A stretch of 64,000 bases of DNA from Tubulanus polymorphus (lineage: Eukaryota > Animalia > Nemertea), in contig NC_134028.1 of assembly GCF_964204645.1 (NCBI RefSeq), positions 16,313,653-16,377,652 of the forward strand, given 5' to 3'. Positions 35,815-49,261 of the stretch are shown piece after piece. The translations under genes were made by a program, and so were the position numbers. Positions within the stretch are counted from its first letter, which is position 1, and every line of letters begins with the position of its first letter. The notes below the pieces were generated by a model, which did no database searches, had not been told where the DNA came from, and saw only the letters and a program-made list of their open reading frames with translations.

Positions 35815-36510
35815 TTAATAAGAGGCCCACGGTCCTTATACCTTCATGACGCATTAGAAGAGGAATGATCCAGTAATCAAAGTTTTACAGAAGTTTGGTT
35901 TTGAAATAGTTAAAATGGTATAGGCTATGTGGCGATAATGTTCATTTCTGTTAATATATCCTTACATGAAAAAAGCACATTTTCACTGCCCCAAAGATCA
36001 CACTACATGAAAAAATTCACAAAGAATTGTAGGCTGCATCGTGCTGAAAAGAAATGCAAGATGGATTGCAACCCTGGCGAATACACTTGACTTCAATTTT
36101 CATGAGGGATAGATATTTCACCTACCAATATTCTTACACCTAATATCATGAAAATGGATCAATAATTGCAGGCAGTTTGGTGCTTGAAATTCAAGATGGC
36201 TACCCTGGCGGCCATATTTGAAAGCCGATGACCTCCATATACGATAGGCACGGACAGCTTAGCTACCCTGATCCTCAGACCAGATTTCGCGAAAATCCTT
36301 CAGGAATTGCGGGCTGCATCGCAAAAAACAAGAAATTCAAGATGGGCACCTCAATGACTGCCATATTTGATCACCAATGACCTTTTTTACAAAGGGGGTG
36401 GACATCTCGCCAGACCTTATCTTCAAGCTTATTTTCAAAAAGATTCATCGCAAATTACAGGCGAATTACTGTGTCGAATTCAATTCAATTCCATAGGGAT
36501 TAAGGCCCAT
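35815..36510. repeat. Unclassified interspersed repeat with internal CAAGATGG...GCCATATTTG subrepeats
   Basis: About three degenerate internal units (~36057, ~36192, ~36338); AAGAGGCCC start. Confidence 0.4.
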
Positions 36511-36639
36511 GCGATAGAAGTCAATTAAGATTCGAATTTTTAAATAACCAGCACATATGCCTACTCAAATCACATGTAATTAAGAAATTCAGTGTTTCTT
36601 AGTTTGGTGTCCCTGTTTGCATCGCGCACGTGGTTTATA

Positions 36640-37682
36640 TTTAGGGTTTTCTGTTATTTCACAGAAAACCCTATTGATATCCGCGTGATTATTAGGGTTT
36701 TCTGTTATTTCACAGAAAACCCTATTGATATCCGCGTGATTATTATTATTATTATTTTCTTCCACACTATGTTTACCAAAAGAACATAGGCTTTGTTACC
36801 TTACCGCTGTTTCATATACAATCCATATAATATCGTTCACCTCACTGAGATCTACAAATAGCCCGCGTGTTTTTTCACGAATCATCGTTACAAAAGCGCT
36901 GTCGGGCTGTAAACATCGAAAATTTAGCCCCATTCAATGGGGCGACATGTTTTTCGAGTCGTCATCCCGAAATCAACCCGCAGGCCGACTGTCACTTCGA
37001 TTATCAATTCAAGTATAAATGAACTAATTTATTGCCGCAGACTTCACATTCAGTCGCGGTCTTCAAACAGTGATTTTAACAATATCCCATTTTCCTCATC
37101 AAATCATATTACCGATACACTGGAAATTAACTACTTTAGATTTTAAAAGCACTGTCGAGCCGTAAACATCGACGAATCGACGTGTGTTACTACATCGACG
37201 TTCCGGGGATGAGCTGCGAGTTTCTCCTCATCATGAGAATCAAATCGAGTACAAATTAATTTATTACTACCAGTGATTTGGCTGCGGGTTTCAAGGAGTT
37301 AGTTTAACAATACCAATTTTTCTATACCGAATTAACCGTGTATTTACTAAGATAAATCTTTAGTGTACCGGGGAATCGTAGGCCTAAACTAAACAGGCCG
37401 AAGAGATATGGCGGAGAAAAGCTGTTATGTCGACGAGGTATCAAAATAAAAGAATATATTTATTCGGCCGCGGGCTTCAACCATTTATCAATACTCTATA
37501 TTTCCTACAGTACATACCGATCATTGTCAAATGCATAAGGTATTTACTGAATACAAGTATATAGCACACTCCTATCCGTATGCTGGACTCACACTTGACA
37601 TTCGGAGTAAGCGTTCGCTGTGGTGGAAAGGAGATCGTTCGCTGTGTCGCTTGAAGTGTTTATCGAGTTTTACGCGACCTTA
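36640..37682 (+). repeat. Repeat block A (hairpin AGGGTTTTCTG-TTATTTCA-CAGAAAACCCT plus (ATT)n); further copies at ~44016-45302 and ~48250-49152
   Basis: Near-identical sequence at three loci. The terminal hairpin plus microsatellite resembles non-autonomous Helentron-type ends. The hairpin is tandemly duplicated at 36641 and 36691. Confidence 0.75.
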
Positions 37683-38699
37683 GGGTCTGACTATTTCAGA
37701 TGGCTGGGAGTCACCTTCATTTCGGTCAACGAATTATACATTTAGACTTCACCTACGTACCTAAAATGGCGGACGATTCAACTACATCTTCCGATCCGTC
37801 TTATTCTTGTCATGATTGTCATGATTTTATGGAAGTGTCAGCACTCATCAATGAACACGAAATGAAGTCAAGAACTACGTGGTGCGTATGGTGGAAGGAC
37901 AAGTTATCTGAATATAGTGGTGGTATGTTTATCTTTTACCGTAATTTTAATGTCTCTCTACCCTCTAGTCTTGTTTTCTGTTCTATCTATCTAGACCTAT
38001 AGTACAGTATAATAACTAATATGCTGATGAGTGTTGTGTTAAGAAAACACTTGTCGTGTTGACATATGGCCTCGCACACAGCATATATACACGAGTACGA
38101 ATAAGCCTTCCTGTATGTACTGTTTTTCGATATGATCGTATGCATATAGGCTAATACATGCAGGCGCGCGTCACCGGAATTACAGATATTATTGGGGCAA
38201 ACCACTTCAATTTATTTCAGCGAAATCACATATTCCGACATAAGCAAGGCTATTTTGAATGAAATATGAAGCAAAGATACCAGAAATTCAATCCGAGCTA
38301 AATGAATCCGAGACTGATATGGATCCGACATAGGCGGAGTCTACTGTAGTATTTACTTTCGAAACTCTTCTATCACTGAACTGCTTTTAATGTAGTAAGT
38401 ATTTTATGTTCATACAGTCTGAAAGTCCGTCTGGACTTTCTGACTGCATACTTAATACCAAAACATATTTTTGGTGGGTGTGCAACATGCTTTTTTCTCT
38501 TTCACTTATTGCTTTTTGACTTAATGTTTTTGTCTAATACTCCATATAACATGTATATTTTTGATAAAGGTTATTGGGATCATTACACAGCACAAATGTG
38601 GTGCCGATTAGTTCACATAAAAAATATGCTAATTATTTGAATATAGGAACATTTAAAGTTGTGGAAAATTTTTGTCCATTGTAAATGTGTGGACTCATT

Positions 38700-38795
<96 letters not shown>

Positions 38796-39512
38796 TATAT
38801 AATAATTGGAGGTAGGTAATTTGATAACATCTATTTTCTGCACACTTCGGCAACAGGTGAGCTAATTTGGCCATTTTGGTTTGCTTTTTAACTTTTTACA
38901 CATAATAATTTCTTATATCTTAGTAACCCGATCGTTGTAGAGAAATGTTTGACAATCACCATATTTGTATATCAATGACTTGTAATATTCACCATATTGT
39001 ACTCATTGTCACCTAACATCATCTGCACCGTATGCACTATTAAAATGCTGTAAGGCCGTGTTGTAATCCAATTTTTTTAAGTCAATCAGAACTATGTACA
39101 TGTTTATTCACATTTCAAAATTGTGTAAGTTGATTTATATCAGAACAATGTTTATTCAAATTTAAAAATTTGTGAAATAAAAAAGTTTGTATGGTACATA
39201 TATGTTTATGGTTTTAGTTTGTATTTTTCTTCAAGTTGAATGTAATTTGGGAGGACTTTTTAAGGAATTTCCTTTTGGATAGCCGATCTCCTGATTGGAA
39301 ATAAGTTTCTATTGGTCATTAATTTGAATTTCATTCAGACAAAAAATGGGAATTTTGTTTGAACGAATTGCGCTGAAGGACCGAGTTCGTGGAACGATTT
39401 ACGGGATTCAAACCCAGTGTATTGGGCTACGTTACATCGTAGGTGAAGTCTAAATGTATAATTCGTTGACCGAAATGAAGGTGACTCCCAGCCATCTGAA
39501 ATAGTCAGACCC
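37683..39512. mobile_element. Non-autonomous Mutator-like DNA transposon
   Basis: 75-bp TIRs (GGGTCTGACTATTTCAG...CTGAAATAGTCAGACCC). 9-bp TSD GCGACCTTA at 37674-37682 and 39513-39521. Empty sites occur at ~45294 and ~49144. Internal (TA)n at 38703-38791. Confidence 0.92.
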
Positions 39513-39622
39513 GCGACCTTAAGGCTTTAGTATGGTGGCTGATAAGATAAAAAAACACGAATATGCAAATGAGGGCGACATTACGACAAAACGACAAAAC
39601 TAAAATAACGCGAGAAAACAAT

Positions 39623-41393
39623 GATTTTGATTTTGTCGCCCGCGACAATTCATTATTTTGGTTTTGTCACACGCGACAATTCAATATTTTGGTTTTATCG
39701 CCCGCGACAATTCATTATTTTGGTTTTATCCCTTGCGACAATTCATTATTTTGGTTTTGTCGCCCGCGAAAATTCAATATTTTGGTTTTATCGCCCACGA
39801 CAATTCACTACTTTGGTTTTATCGCCAGTGACAATTCATTATTTTGGTTTTGTCGCCCGCGACAATTCTTCTTTTTGGTTTTGTCGCCCGCGACAATTCA
39901 TTATTTTGGTTTTATATTTTGTTTTTGTCGCCCGCGACAACTTTTTGTTTGTTTTGTCGACCGCGACAATTCAATATTTTGGTTTTATCGCCCGCGACAA
40001 TTCAATATTTTGGTTTTATCGCCCGCGATAATTCATTATTTTGGTTTTGTCGCCCGAGACAATTCATTATTTTGGTTTTATCGCCGGCGACAATTCATTA
40101 TTACGGTTTTATCGCCGGCGACAATTCATTATTTTGGTTTTGTCGCCCGCGACAATTCACCATTTTGGTTTTGTCGCCCGCGACAATTCACCATTTTGGT
40201 TTTGTCGCCCGCGACAATTCATTATTTTGGTTTTATCGCCCGCGACAATTCATTATTTTGGTTTTATCGCCCGCAACAATTCATTATTTTGGTTTTGTCG
40301 CCCCGACAATTCTTTTTTTGGTTTTGTCGCCCGCGACAATTCATTAGTTTGGTTTTGTCGCCCGCAACAATTCAATATTTTGGTTTTGTCGCCCGCGACA
40401 ATTCAATATTTTGGTTTTATCGCCCACGACAATTCATTACTTTGGTTTTATCTCCAGCGACAATTCACCATTTTGGTTTTGTCACCCGCGACAATTCATT
40501 ATTTTGGTTTTGTCGCCCCCACAATTCTTTTTTTGGTTTTGTTGCCCGCGAAAATTCAATATTTTGGTTTTATTGCCCACGAAAAATCACTACTTTGGTT
40601 TTATCGCCAGCGACAATTCATTATTTTGGTTTTGTCGACCGCGACAATTCTTCTTTTTGGTTTTGTCGCCCGCGACAATTCATTATTTTGGTTTTGTCGC
40701 CTGCGACAATTCACCATTTTGGTTTTGTCGCCCGCGACAATTCACCATTTTGGTTTTGTCAACCGCGACAATTCATTACTTTGGTTTTATCGCCCGCGAC
40801 AATTCAATATTTTAATTTAATCGCCCGCGGCAATTCAATATTTTGGTTTTATCGCCCGCGATAATTCATTATTTTGGTTTGTCGCCCGCGACAATTCATT
40901 ATTTTGGTTTTGTCACCCGAGACAATTCATCATTTTGGTTTTATCGCCCGCGACAATTCATTATTTTGGTTTTGTCGCCCGCGACAATTCACCATTTTGG
41001 TTTTGTCGCCTGGACAATTCACCATTTTGGTTTTGTCGCCCGCGACAATTCATTATTTTTGTTTTGCTGCCCCCACAATTCTTTTTTTGGTTTTGTCGCC
41101 CGCGACAATTCATTAGTTTGGTTTTGTCGCCCGCGACGATTCAATATTTTGGTTTTATCGCCCACGACAATTCATTACTTTGGTTTTATCTCCAGCGACA
41201 ATTCATTATTTTGGTTTTGTCGCCCGCGACAATTCTTCTTTTGGTTTTGACGCCCACGAAAATTCATTATTTTGGTTTTATATTTTGTTTTTGTCGCCCG
41301 CGACAATTTTTTTTTTGGTTTTGTCGCCCGCGACAATTCATTATTTTGGTTTTATCGCCCGCGACAATTCATTATTTTGGTTTTGTCGCCCGA
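39623..41393. repeat. 31-bp satellite array (TTTTGGTTTTRTCGCCCGCGACAATTCATTA)
   Basis: Direct reading of tandem units. Confidence 0.97.
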
Positions 41394-41394
41394 A

Positions 41395-42524
41395 GAAAAT
41401 TTTGAAGACGCTTTGATCAATTACCTTGATCTTTCGTTTATATTTGAATCTACCAAAGGCCCATCAGCATAAGAAAATTGGGTCGATCTGACTCCTATGA
41501 CCTTTTTAGTGCCCAAAAATGTCAATTTTGGCCAGAATTCTAGGTCCTGTAGCTTCCTACTGGTTTGCCATTTCTCATTGCAAATACTGATAGATATTCT
41601 TTAGAGAGGGATGTTTTATACCTGGGACAGGTATTTTTGATCAGCCAATTATGACGCAATTGGCGGCCATCTTGGTGTCATCAGTACTCATTCGTAGGTG
41701 GGAAAAAGTTTTTCCACAATTAATTGATACCTAAGCATATTGTGTTACTACATTCAATTGGAAAGTTGTAGCCCATAACGTGTTCTATGATTTTGGTGAG
41801 TTTCAAGGTCATTGGTTTTTGTATGTGGCCATCAGGGGGCGTTGAATAATACAATAACTTAGTATCGCTATATTATATTTGTACCAAGGCATATTTTGTT
41901 ACCATGATCAATGGCAAAGTTGTAGTTCATGACATCGTCTATGATTGTGGTGAGTTTTTAAGGACATTAGTTATTCCATATAGTCACCAGGGGGCGTTGA
42001 ATAGTAGAAAAGCTTAGTTTTTCCTTATTAGATTGGTACCTAGGCATAGTTTGTTACCATGATCCATTGCAAAGTTGTAGTTCATGACATCGTCTATGAT
42101 TGTGGTGAGTTTTAAAGGACATTAGTTATTCCATATAGTCACCAGGGGGCGCTGAATAGTAGAATGGCTTAGTATTTCCTTATTAGATTGGTACCTAGGC
42201 ATATTTTGTTACTATGATCAATTGCAAAGTTGTATTTCATGACATGTACTACGATTGTGGTGAGTTTTAAGGTCATTGGGTTTTGCATATGGTCACCAGG
42301 GGGCTTTGAATAGTAGAATAACTTAGTATTTCCATATTAAATTGGTAACGAGGCATATTTTGTTACAAAATCATAGCTGCTCACATGTTCTATGATTGTG
42401 GTGGGTTTCAAGGTCATTGGTTTTTGTATATGGTTACTAGAGGGCGTTATGCATTGAAATTGTTAGATTGTTGAGCATTTGAAACCACTGCCCAAGTGAG
42501 CATGGTGTCCCTGGACCCCTAGTT
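41395..42524 (+). mobile_element. 5'-truncated copy of the Helentron-like element with ~156-bp internal repeats
   Basis: Matches 50702-51225 plus 53391-54018 and lacks the 51226-53383 insertion. Confidence 0.75.
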
Positions 42525-42820
42525 TGGTTTTGTCGCCCGCGACAATTCATTATTTTGGTTTTGTCGCACGCAACAATTCAATAGTTTGTTTTTGTCGTCC
42601 GCGACAATTCATTATTTTGGTTTTATCGCCCGCAACAATTCAATATTTTGGTTTTAACGCCCACGACAATTCATTATTGTGGTTTTATCGCCCGCGACAA
42701 TTCATTATTTTGGTTTTATCGGCCGCGACAATTCATTATTTTTGTTTTGTCGCCCGTGACAATTCAATATTTTGGTTTTGTCACCCGCGACAATTCATAA
42801 TTTTGGTTTTGTCGCCCGTG
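42524..42820. repeat. Short 31-bp satellite array; duplicated at 43338-43634 and 54018-54280
   Basis: Same unit and the same variant order in the three copies. 42426-43238 and 43239-44052 form a ~814-bp tandem duplication. Confidence 0.9.
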
Positions 42821-45414
42821 GTTTTGTCGGAACATAAAGTTTTTGGTCGAACAGTGTGTTAAGGTTGTTTTGGAAATTTACTCGGTCTGGTATATTTTGG
42901 ATTACTGTGTATGTCATTTGTCAGGACATTAAACAGAAGACGACTTAGGATACTACCTTGCGTGATTCCACTAGTTAGACCGTCTCACTCCAAGATGAGG
43001 CGTTCCGTTGATTTCGGTTACAAGTTTCCGTTCAGAGATAACTGCTGTGCCATTTGGGAGACCTATCATTGATACTGTTTCCTAATAGCCTGTTCAGTAA
43101 TGGCTGATGTTGAGCCTTATCAAATGCTTTGTTGAAATCCACCGTTGAACAGGATTCTAAGACTGTGCAGAAAACCCGTTATCGCTGCTTTGCAGCTATA
43201 TTTAGGGTTTTCTGTTATTTCACAGAAAACCCTATTGATGTATATGGTCACTAGAGGGCGTTATGTATTGAAATTGTTAGATTGTTGAGCATTTGAAACC
43301 ACTGCCCAAGTGAGCATGGTGTCCCTGGACCCCTAGTTTGGTTTTGTCGCCCGCGACAATTCATTATTTTGGTTTTGTCGCACGCAACAATTCAATAGTT
43401 TGTTTTTGTCGCCCGCGACAATTCATTATTTTGGTTTTATCGCCCGCAACAATTCAATATTTTGGTTTTAACGCCCACGACAATTCATTATTGTGGTTTT
43501 ATCGCCCGCGACAATTCATTATTTTGGTTTTATCGGCCGCGACAATTCATTATTTTTGTTTTGTCGCCCGTGACAATTCAATATTTTGGTTTTGTCACCC
43601 GCGACAATTCATAATTTTGGTTTTGTCGCCCGTGGTTTTGTCGGAACATAAAGTTTTTGGTCGAACAGTGTGTTAAGGTTGTTTTGGAAATTTACTCGGT
43701 CTGGTATATTTTGGATTACTGTTTATGTCATTTGTCAGGACATTAAACAGAAGACGACTTAGGATACTACCTTGCGTGACTCCACTAGTTAGACCGTCTC
43801 ACTCCAAGATGAGGCGTTCCGTTGATTTCGGTTACAAGTTTCCGTTCAGAGATAACTGCTGTGCCATTTGGGCGACCTATCATTGATACTGTTTCCTAAT
43901 AGCCTGTTCAGTAATGGCTGATGTTGAGCCTTATCAAATGCTTTGTTGAAATCCACCGTTGAACAGGATTCTAAGAATGTGCAGAAAACCCGTTATCGCT
44001 GCTTTGCAGCTATATTTAGGGTTTTCTGTTATTTCACAGAAAACCCTATTGATATCCGCGTGATTATTATTATTATTATTTTCTTCCACACTATTTTTAC
44101 CAAAAGAACATAGGCTTTGTTACCTTACCGCTGTTTCATATACAATCCATATAATATCGTTCAGCTCACTGAGATCTACAAATAGCCCGCGTGTTTTTTC
44201 ACGAATCATCGTTACAAAAGCGCTGTCGGGCCGTAAACATCGAAAATTTAGCCCCATTCAATGGGGCGACATGTTTTTCGAGTCGTCATCCCGAAATCAA
44301 CCCGCAGGCCGACTGTCACTTCGATTATCAATTCAAGTGTAAATGAACTAATTTATTGCCGCAGACTTCACATTCAGTCGCGGTCTTCAAACAGTGATTT
44401 TAACAATAGCCCATTTTCCTCATCAGATCATATTACCGATACACTGGAAATTTACTAATTTAGATTTTAAAAGCACTGTCGAGCTGTAAACATCGACGAA
44501 TCGACGTGTGTTACTACATCGTCGTTCCGGGGATCAGCTGCGAGTTTCCCCTCATCATGAGAATCAAATCGAGTACAAATTAATTTATTACTACCAGTGA
44601 TTTGGCTGCGGGTTTCAAGGAGTTAGTTTAGCAATACCTATTTTTCTTTATCAAATTAACCGTGTATTTACTAAGATAAATCATAAGTGTACCGGGGAGT
44701 CGTAGGCCTAAACGAAACACGCCGAAGAGATATAGCGGAGAAAAGCTGTTATGTCGACGAGGTATCAAAATAAAAGAATATATTACTTTATTCGGCCGCG
44801 GGCTTCAACCTCTATAACAATACCATCAATACTCTATATTTCCTACAGTACATATCGATCATTGTCAAATGCACAAGGTATTTACTAAATACAAGTATAT
44901 AACACAATCCTTTCCGTATGCTGGACTCACACTTGACATTCGGAGTAAGCGTCCGCTGTGTGGGGGAAAGGGATCGTTCGCTGTGTCGCTTGATTGAAGT
45001 GTTTATCGAGTTTGACGCGGCTTTAGGCCTACCGGTACTGAGCTTTACTGTCTCAAACAAACACAGTATAATTGTTGCGTTTATTAACGGACTCATTGGA
45101 TTGAACTTCAAAACAAAATTTACGATATTTAGGTGGGTTGTTATTCAATAGGCCTACGACCAATCTGTCCGGATGTTAGGCCTACGCATATACATAGGCC
45201 TACATAGGCTAGTAGCCTCTACTAGGTTAAGCGTTCGCTGTGGGGGAAAGGAGATCTTTCGCTATGCCGCTTGAAGTGTTTATCGAGTTTTACGCGACCT
45301 TAAGGCTTTAGTATGGTGGCTGATAAGGGCCATGCGTAAAAAAAACACGTATATGCAAATGAGGGCGACATTATGACAAAACGACAAAACGAAAATAACG
45401 CGACAAAACAATAA

Positions 45415-46422
45415 TTTTTAATCGCCTGCGACAATTCATTATTTTGGTTTTATCGCATGCGACAATTCATTATTTTGGATTTATCGCCTGCGACAATTCA
45501 TTATTTTGGTTTTATCGCCAGCGACAATTCATTATTTTGGTTTTATCGCCTGCGACAATTCATTATTTTGGTTTTATCGCCTGCGACAATTCATTATTTT
45601 GGTTTTATCGCCAGCGACAATTCATTATTTTGGTTTTATCGCCAGCGACAATCCATTATTTTGGTTTTATCGCCTGCGACAATTCAATATTTTGGTTTTA
45701 TCGCCTGCGACAATTCATTATTTTGGTTTTATCGCCAGCGACAATTCATTATTTTGGTTTTATCGCCCGCGACAATTCATTATTTTGGTTTTATCGCCCG
45801 CGACAATTCATTATTTTGGTTTTATCGCCAGCGACAATTCATTATTTTGGTTTTATCGCCAGCGACAATTCATTATTTTGGTTTTGTCCCACGCGACAAT
45901 TCAATATTTTGGTTTTCTCGCCTGCGACAATTCAATATTTTGGTTTTATCGCCAGCGACAATTGATTATTTTGGTTTATCGCCCGCGACAATTAATTTTT
46001 CTGGTTTTGTCGCCCGCGACAATTAATTGTTTTGGTTTTGTCACACGCGACAATTCATTATTTTGGTTTTATCGCCCGCGACAATTTTTTTTTTGTCGCA
46101 GTTTTATCGCCTGCGACACTTCAATATTTTGGTTTTATCACCTGCGACAATTCAATATTTTGGTTTTATCGCCTGCGACAATTCAATATTTGGTTTTGTC
46201 CCACGCGACAATTCAATATTTTGGTTTTATCGCCAGCGACAATTGATTATTTTGGTTTTATCGCCCGCGACAATTCATTTTTTTGGTTTTGTCACCCGCG
46301 ACAATTCAATATTTTGGTTTTATCGCCAGCGACAATTGATTATTTTGGTTTTATTGCCCGCGACAATTGATTATTTTGGTTTTATCGCCCGCGACAATTA
46401 ATTTTTTTGGTTTTGTCGCCCA
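45415..46422. repeat. 31-bp satellite array (variants GCCTGCG/GCCAGCG enriched)
   Basis: Direct reading. Confidence 0.95.
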
Positions 46423-46511
46423 CTTTATTAGCTTTTGAATAATTAGGCCAATTAATAACGTAATAAAGACTTATGCTTTCGCCTATTTTGGAGTCGATTA
46501 ATCTGATATAG

Positions 46512-46928
46512 TACGGACGCGATAAAGGGCCTCGAGATGTCGCGTTCCAACTCGACAAGTCGCCATATTTATGTCGATATATCGCGATATATCGCGTCAA
46601 GTCGACATGAATATGTCGTCACATCGTGACGTTTTCACGTCAAATTTCGCTTCTTCGCCCATTTTCCACGGGACAAGCCATCATTTAAAGACATGTCTAA
46701 ATGTAAGATGAGGACACCAGTGATAAGACGACTGAGTTTCAAGTCGTCATGAATATGTCGACTTGTCGCGAGGAAAGTGGTCGAGAGAACGAAATATGTC
46801 GTCAAAACGTCACGATATATCGACATATTCATGTCGACTTGACGCGATATATCGCGGTATGTCGACATAAATATGAAGACTTGTCGAGTTTGAACGCGAC
46901 ATCTCGAGGCCCCTTATCGCTTCCGTAC
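46512..46928. mobile_element. MITE-like fold-back element; partial second copy from ~46987
   Basis: GTACGGACGCGATAAAGGGCCTCGAGATGTCGCG... and ...CGCGACATCTCGAGGCCCCTTATCGCTTCCGTAC form ~125-bp inverted arms. The TSD is not resolved. Confidence 0.7.
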
Positions 46929-49261
46929 TTCCGTATAAAAGTGATATTAAAGCGATCATTCAAGTGATCCTACTTAATGAAAGATCTACGGAAGCGATAA
47001 AGGGCCTCGAGTTGTCGCGTTCCAACTCGACAAGTCGCCATATTTATGTCGATATATCGCATAAAGTCGACATGAATATGTCGACATATCGTGACGTTTT
47101 GACGACTTGAAACTCAGTCGTCATATCACTGGCGTCCTCATCTTTCAGCAACGCCAGTCACATGGAGTCGTACGTGTTCTACTTTCTGCGACGCGACGCG
47201 ACACGACTGTCACAACCAACCGACGCGCTCTTGCGACTGGCAGAAACTATTTGCACACAATCGTATTGCAACCGACTTGCACCGAAACTTGCGATGCAAT
47301 GCGAGGATCGCATCGTGCCACAAGACCAACCTACGTCAGGCGTAAGTTACTGCGGAGCACCAGAAATATCTTTTTTTTCGTTCAAAAGACCTTTCGCTTG
47401 AAAATTCTTTCGTCGGAACAAAATTTATTTCGTTCGAACCAATAATATTCTATAGGAATGAACCAATTTGAAAAAATCGTTAAAACAAAGTTGAACAAAC
47501 TTTTTTTTTGTCCAAACGAAAGGTTTTTCGTTCGAACAATCGTTCAATTGAAAAGAATCGTTTTAATTTGAACAGAATTTTCTTGTCAGAACATTAAGTT
47601 ATTCGTTCGAACAAGTATATTGAAAAAAGTTTTTTCTCCGAACCGAAAGTATTAAGTATTTCGTTCAATCGAACAGAATTGTTTTCATTCAAACAAAAAA
47701 TTGTTTTCGCTCAACCAAATTTTTTTGCCGGGACTAAAAATTTTTCATTTCAACAATAACATAGCTTTTTATTCGAACACATTTTTTGTCAGAATGAAGA
47801 AAATTTTTGGTTCAAGCAAAAAGCGTATTGTTCGATCAAACATAATTATTTTCATTCGAACAAGATTTTCTTGTTGGAACATTAAGTTTTTTGGTCGAAC
47901 GGCGTGTTAAGGTCGATTTGGAAATTTACTCGGTCTGGTATATGTTGGATTTCTGTGTATGTCATTTGTCAGGACATTAAACGGAAGACAACTTAGGATA
48001 CTACCTTGCGTGACTCCACTAGTTTGACCGACTTATTCCAAGATGAGGCGTTCCGTTGATTTCGGCTACAAGTTTTCGTTCAGAGATAACTGCTGAGCCA
48101 TTTGGGCGACCTATCATTGATACTGTTTCCTAATAGCCTGTTTATTAATGGCTGATGTTGTGCCTTATCAAATGCTTCGTCGAAATCCACCGTTGAACAT
48201 GATTCTAAGACTGTGCAGAAAACCCGTTATCGCTGCTTTGCAGCTATATTTATTATTATTATTTTCTTCCACACTATTTTTACCAAAAGAACATAGGCTT
48301 TGTTACCTTACCGCTGTTTCATATACAATCCATATAATATCGTTCACCTCACTGAGATCTACAAATAGCCCGCGTGTTTTTTCACGAATCATCGTTACAA
48401 AAGCGCTGTCGGGCCGTAAACATCGAAAATTTAGCCCCATTCAATGGGGCGACATGTTTTTCGAGTCGTCATCCCGAAATCAACCCGCAGGCCGACTGTC
48501 ACTTCGATTATCAATTCAAGTATAAATGAACTAATTTATTGCCGCAGACTTCACATTCAGTAAACTAAACACGCCGAAGACATATAGCGGAGAAAAGCTG
48601 TTATGTCGACGAGGTATCAAAATAAAAGAATATATTACTTTATTCGGCCGCGGGCTTCAACCTCTATATCAATACCATCAATACTCTATATTTCCTACAG
48701 TACATATCGATCATTGTCAAATGCACAAGGTATTTACTAAATACAAGTATATAACACATAATCCTTTCCGTATGCTGGACTCACACTTGACATTCGGAGT
48801 AAGCGTTCGCTGTGGGGGAAAGGGATCGTTCGCTGTGTCGCTTGAAGTGTTTATCGAGTTTGACGCGGCTTTAGGCCTACCGGTACTGAGCTTTACTGTA
48901 TCAAACAAACACAGTACAATTGTTGCGTTTATTAACGGACTCATTGGATTGAACTTCAAAACAAAATTTACGATATTTAGGTGGGTTGTTAAATTCAATA
49001 GGCCTACGACCAATCTGTCCGGATGTTAGGCCTACACATATACAAAGGCCTACATAGGCTAGTAGCCTCTACTAGGTTAAGCGTTCGCTGTGGGGGAAAG
49101 GAGATCGTTCGCTGTGTCGCTTGAAGTGTTTATCGAGTTTTACGCGACCTTAAGGCTTTAGTATGGTGGCTGATAAGGGCCATGCGTAAAAAAAAACACG
49201 TATATGCAAATGAGGGCGACATTATGACAAAACGACAAAACTAAAATAACGCGACAAAACA

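Noticed and set aside
37700-38002. ORF in the Mutator-like element as a transposase
   Set aside because: It may be a first-exon remnant (ATG at ~37766, GTATGT donor at ~37923), but no DDE or zinc-finger motif is recognisable.
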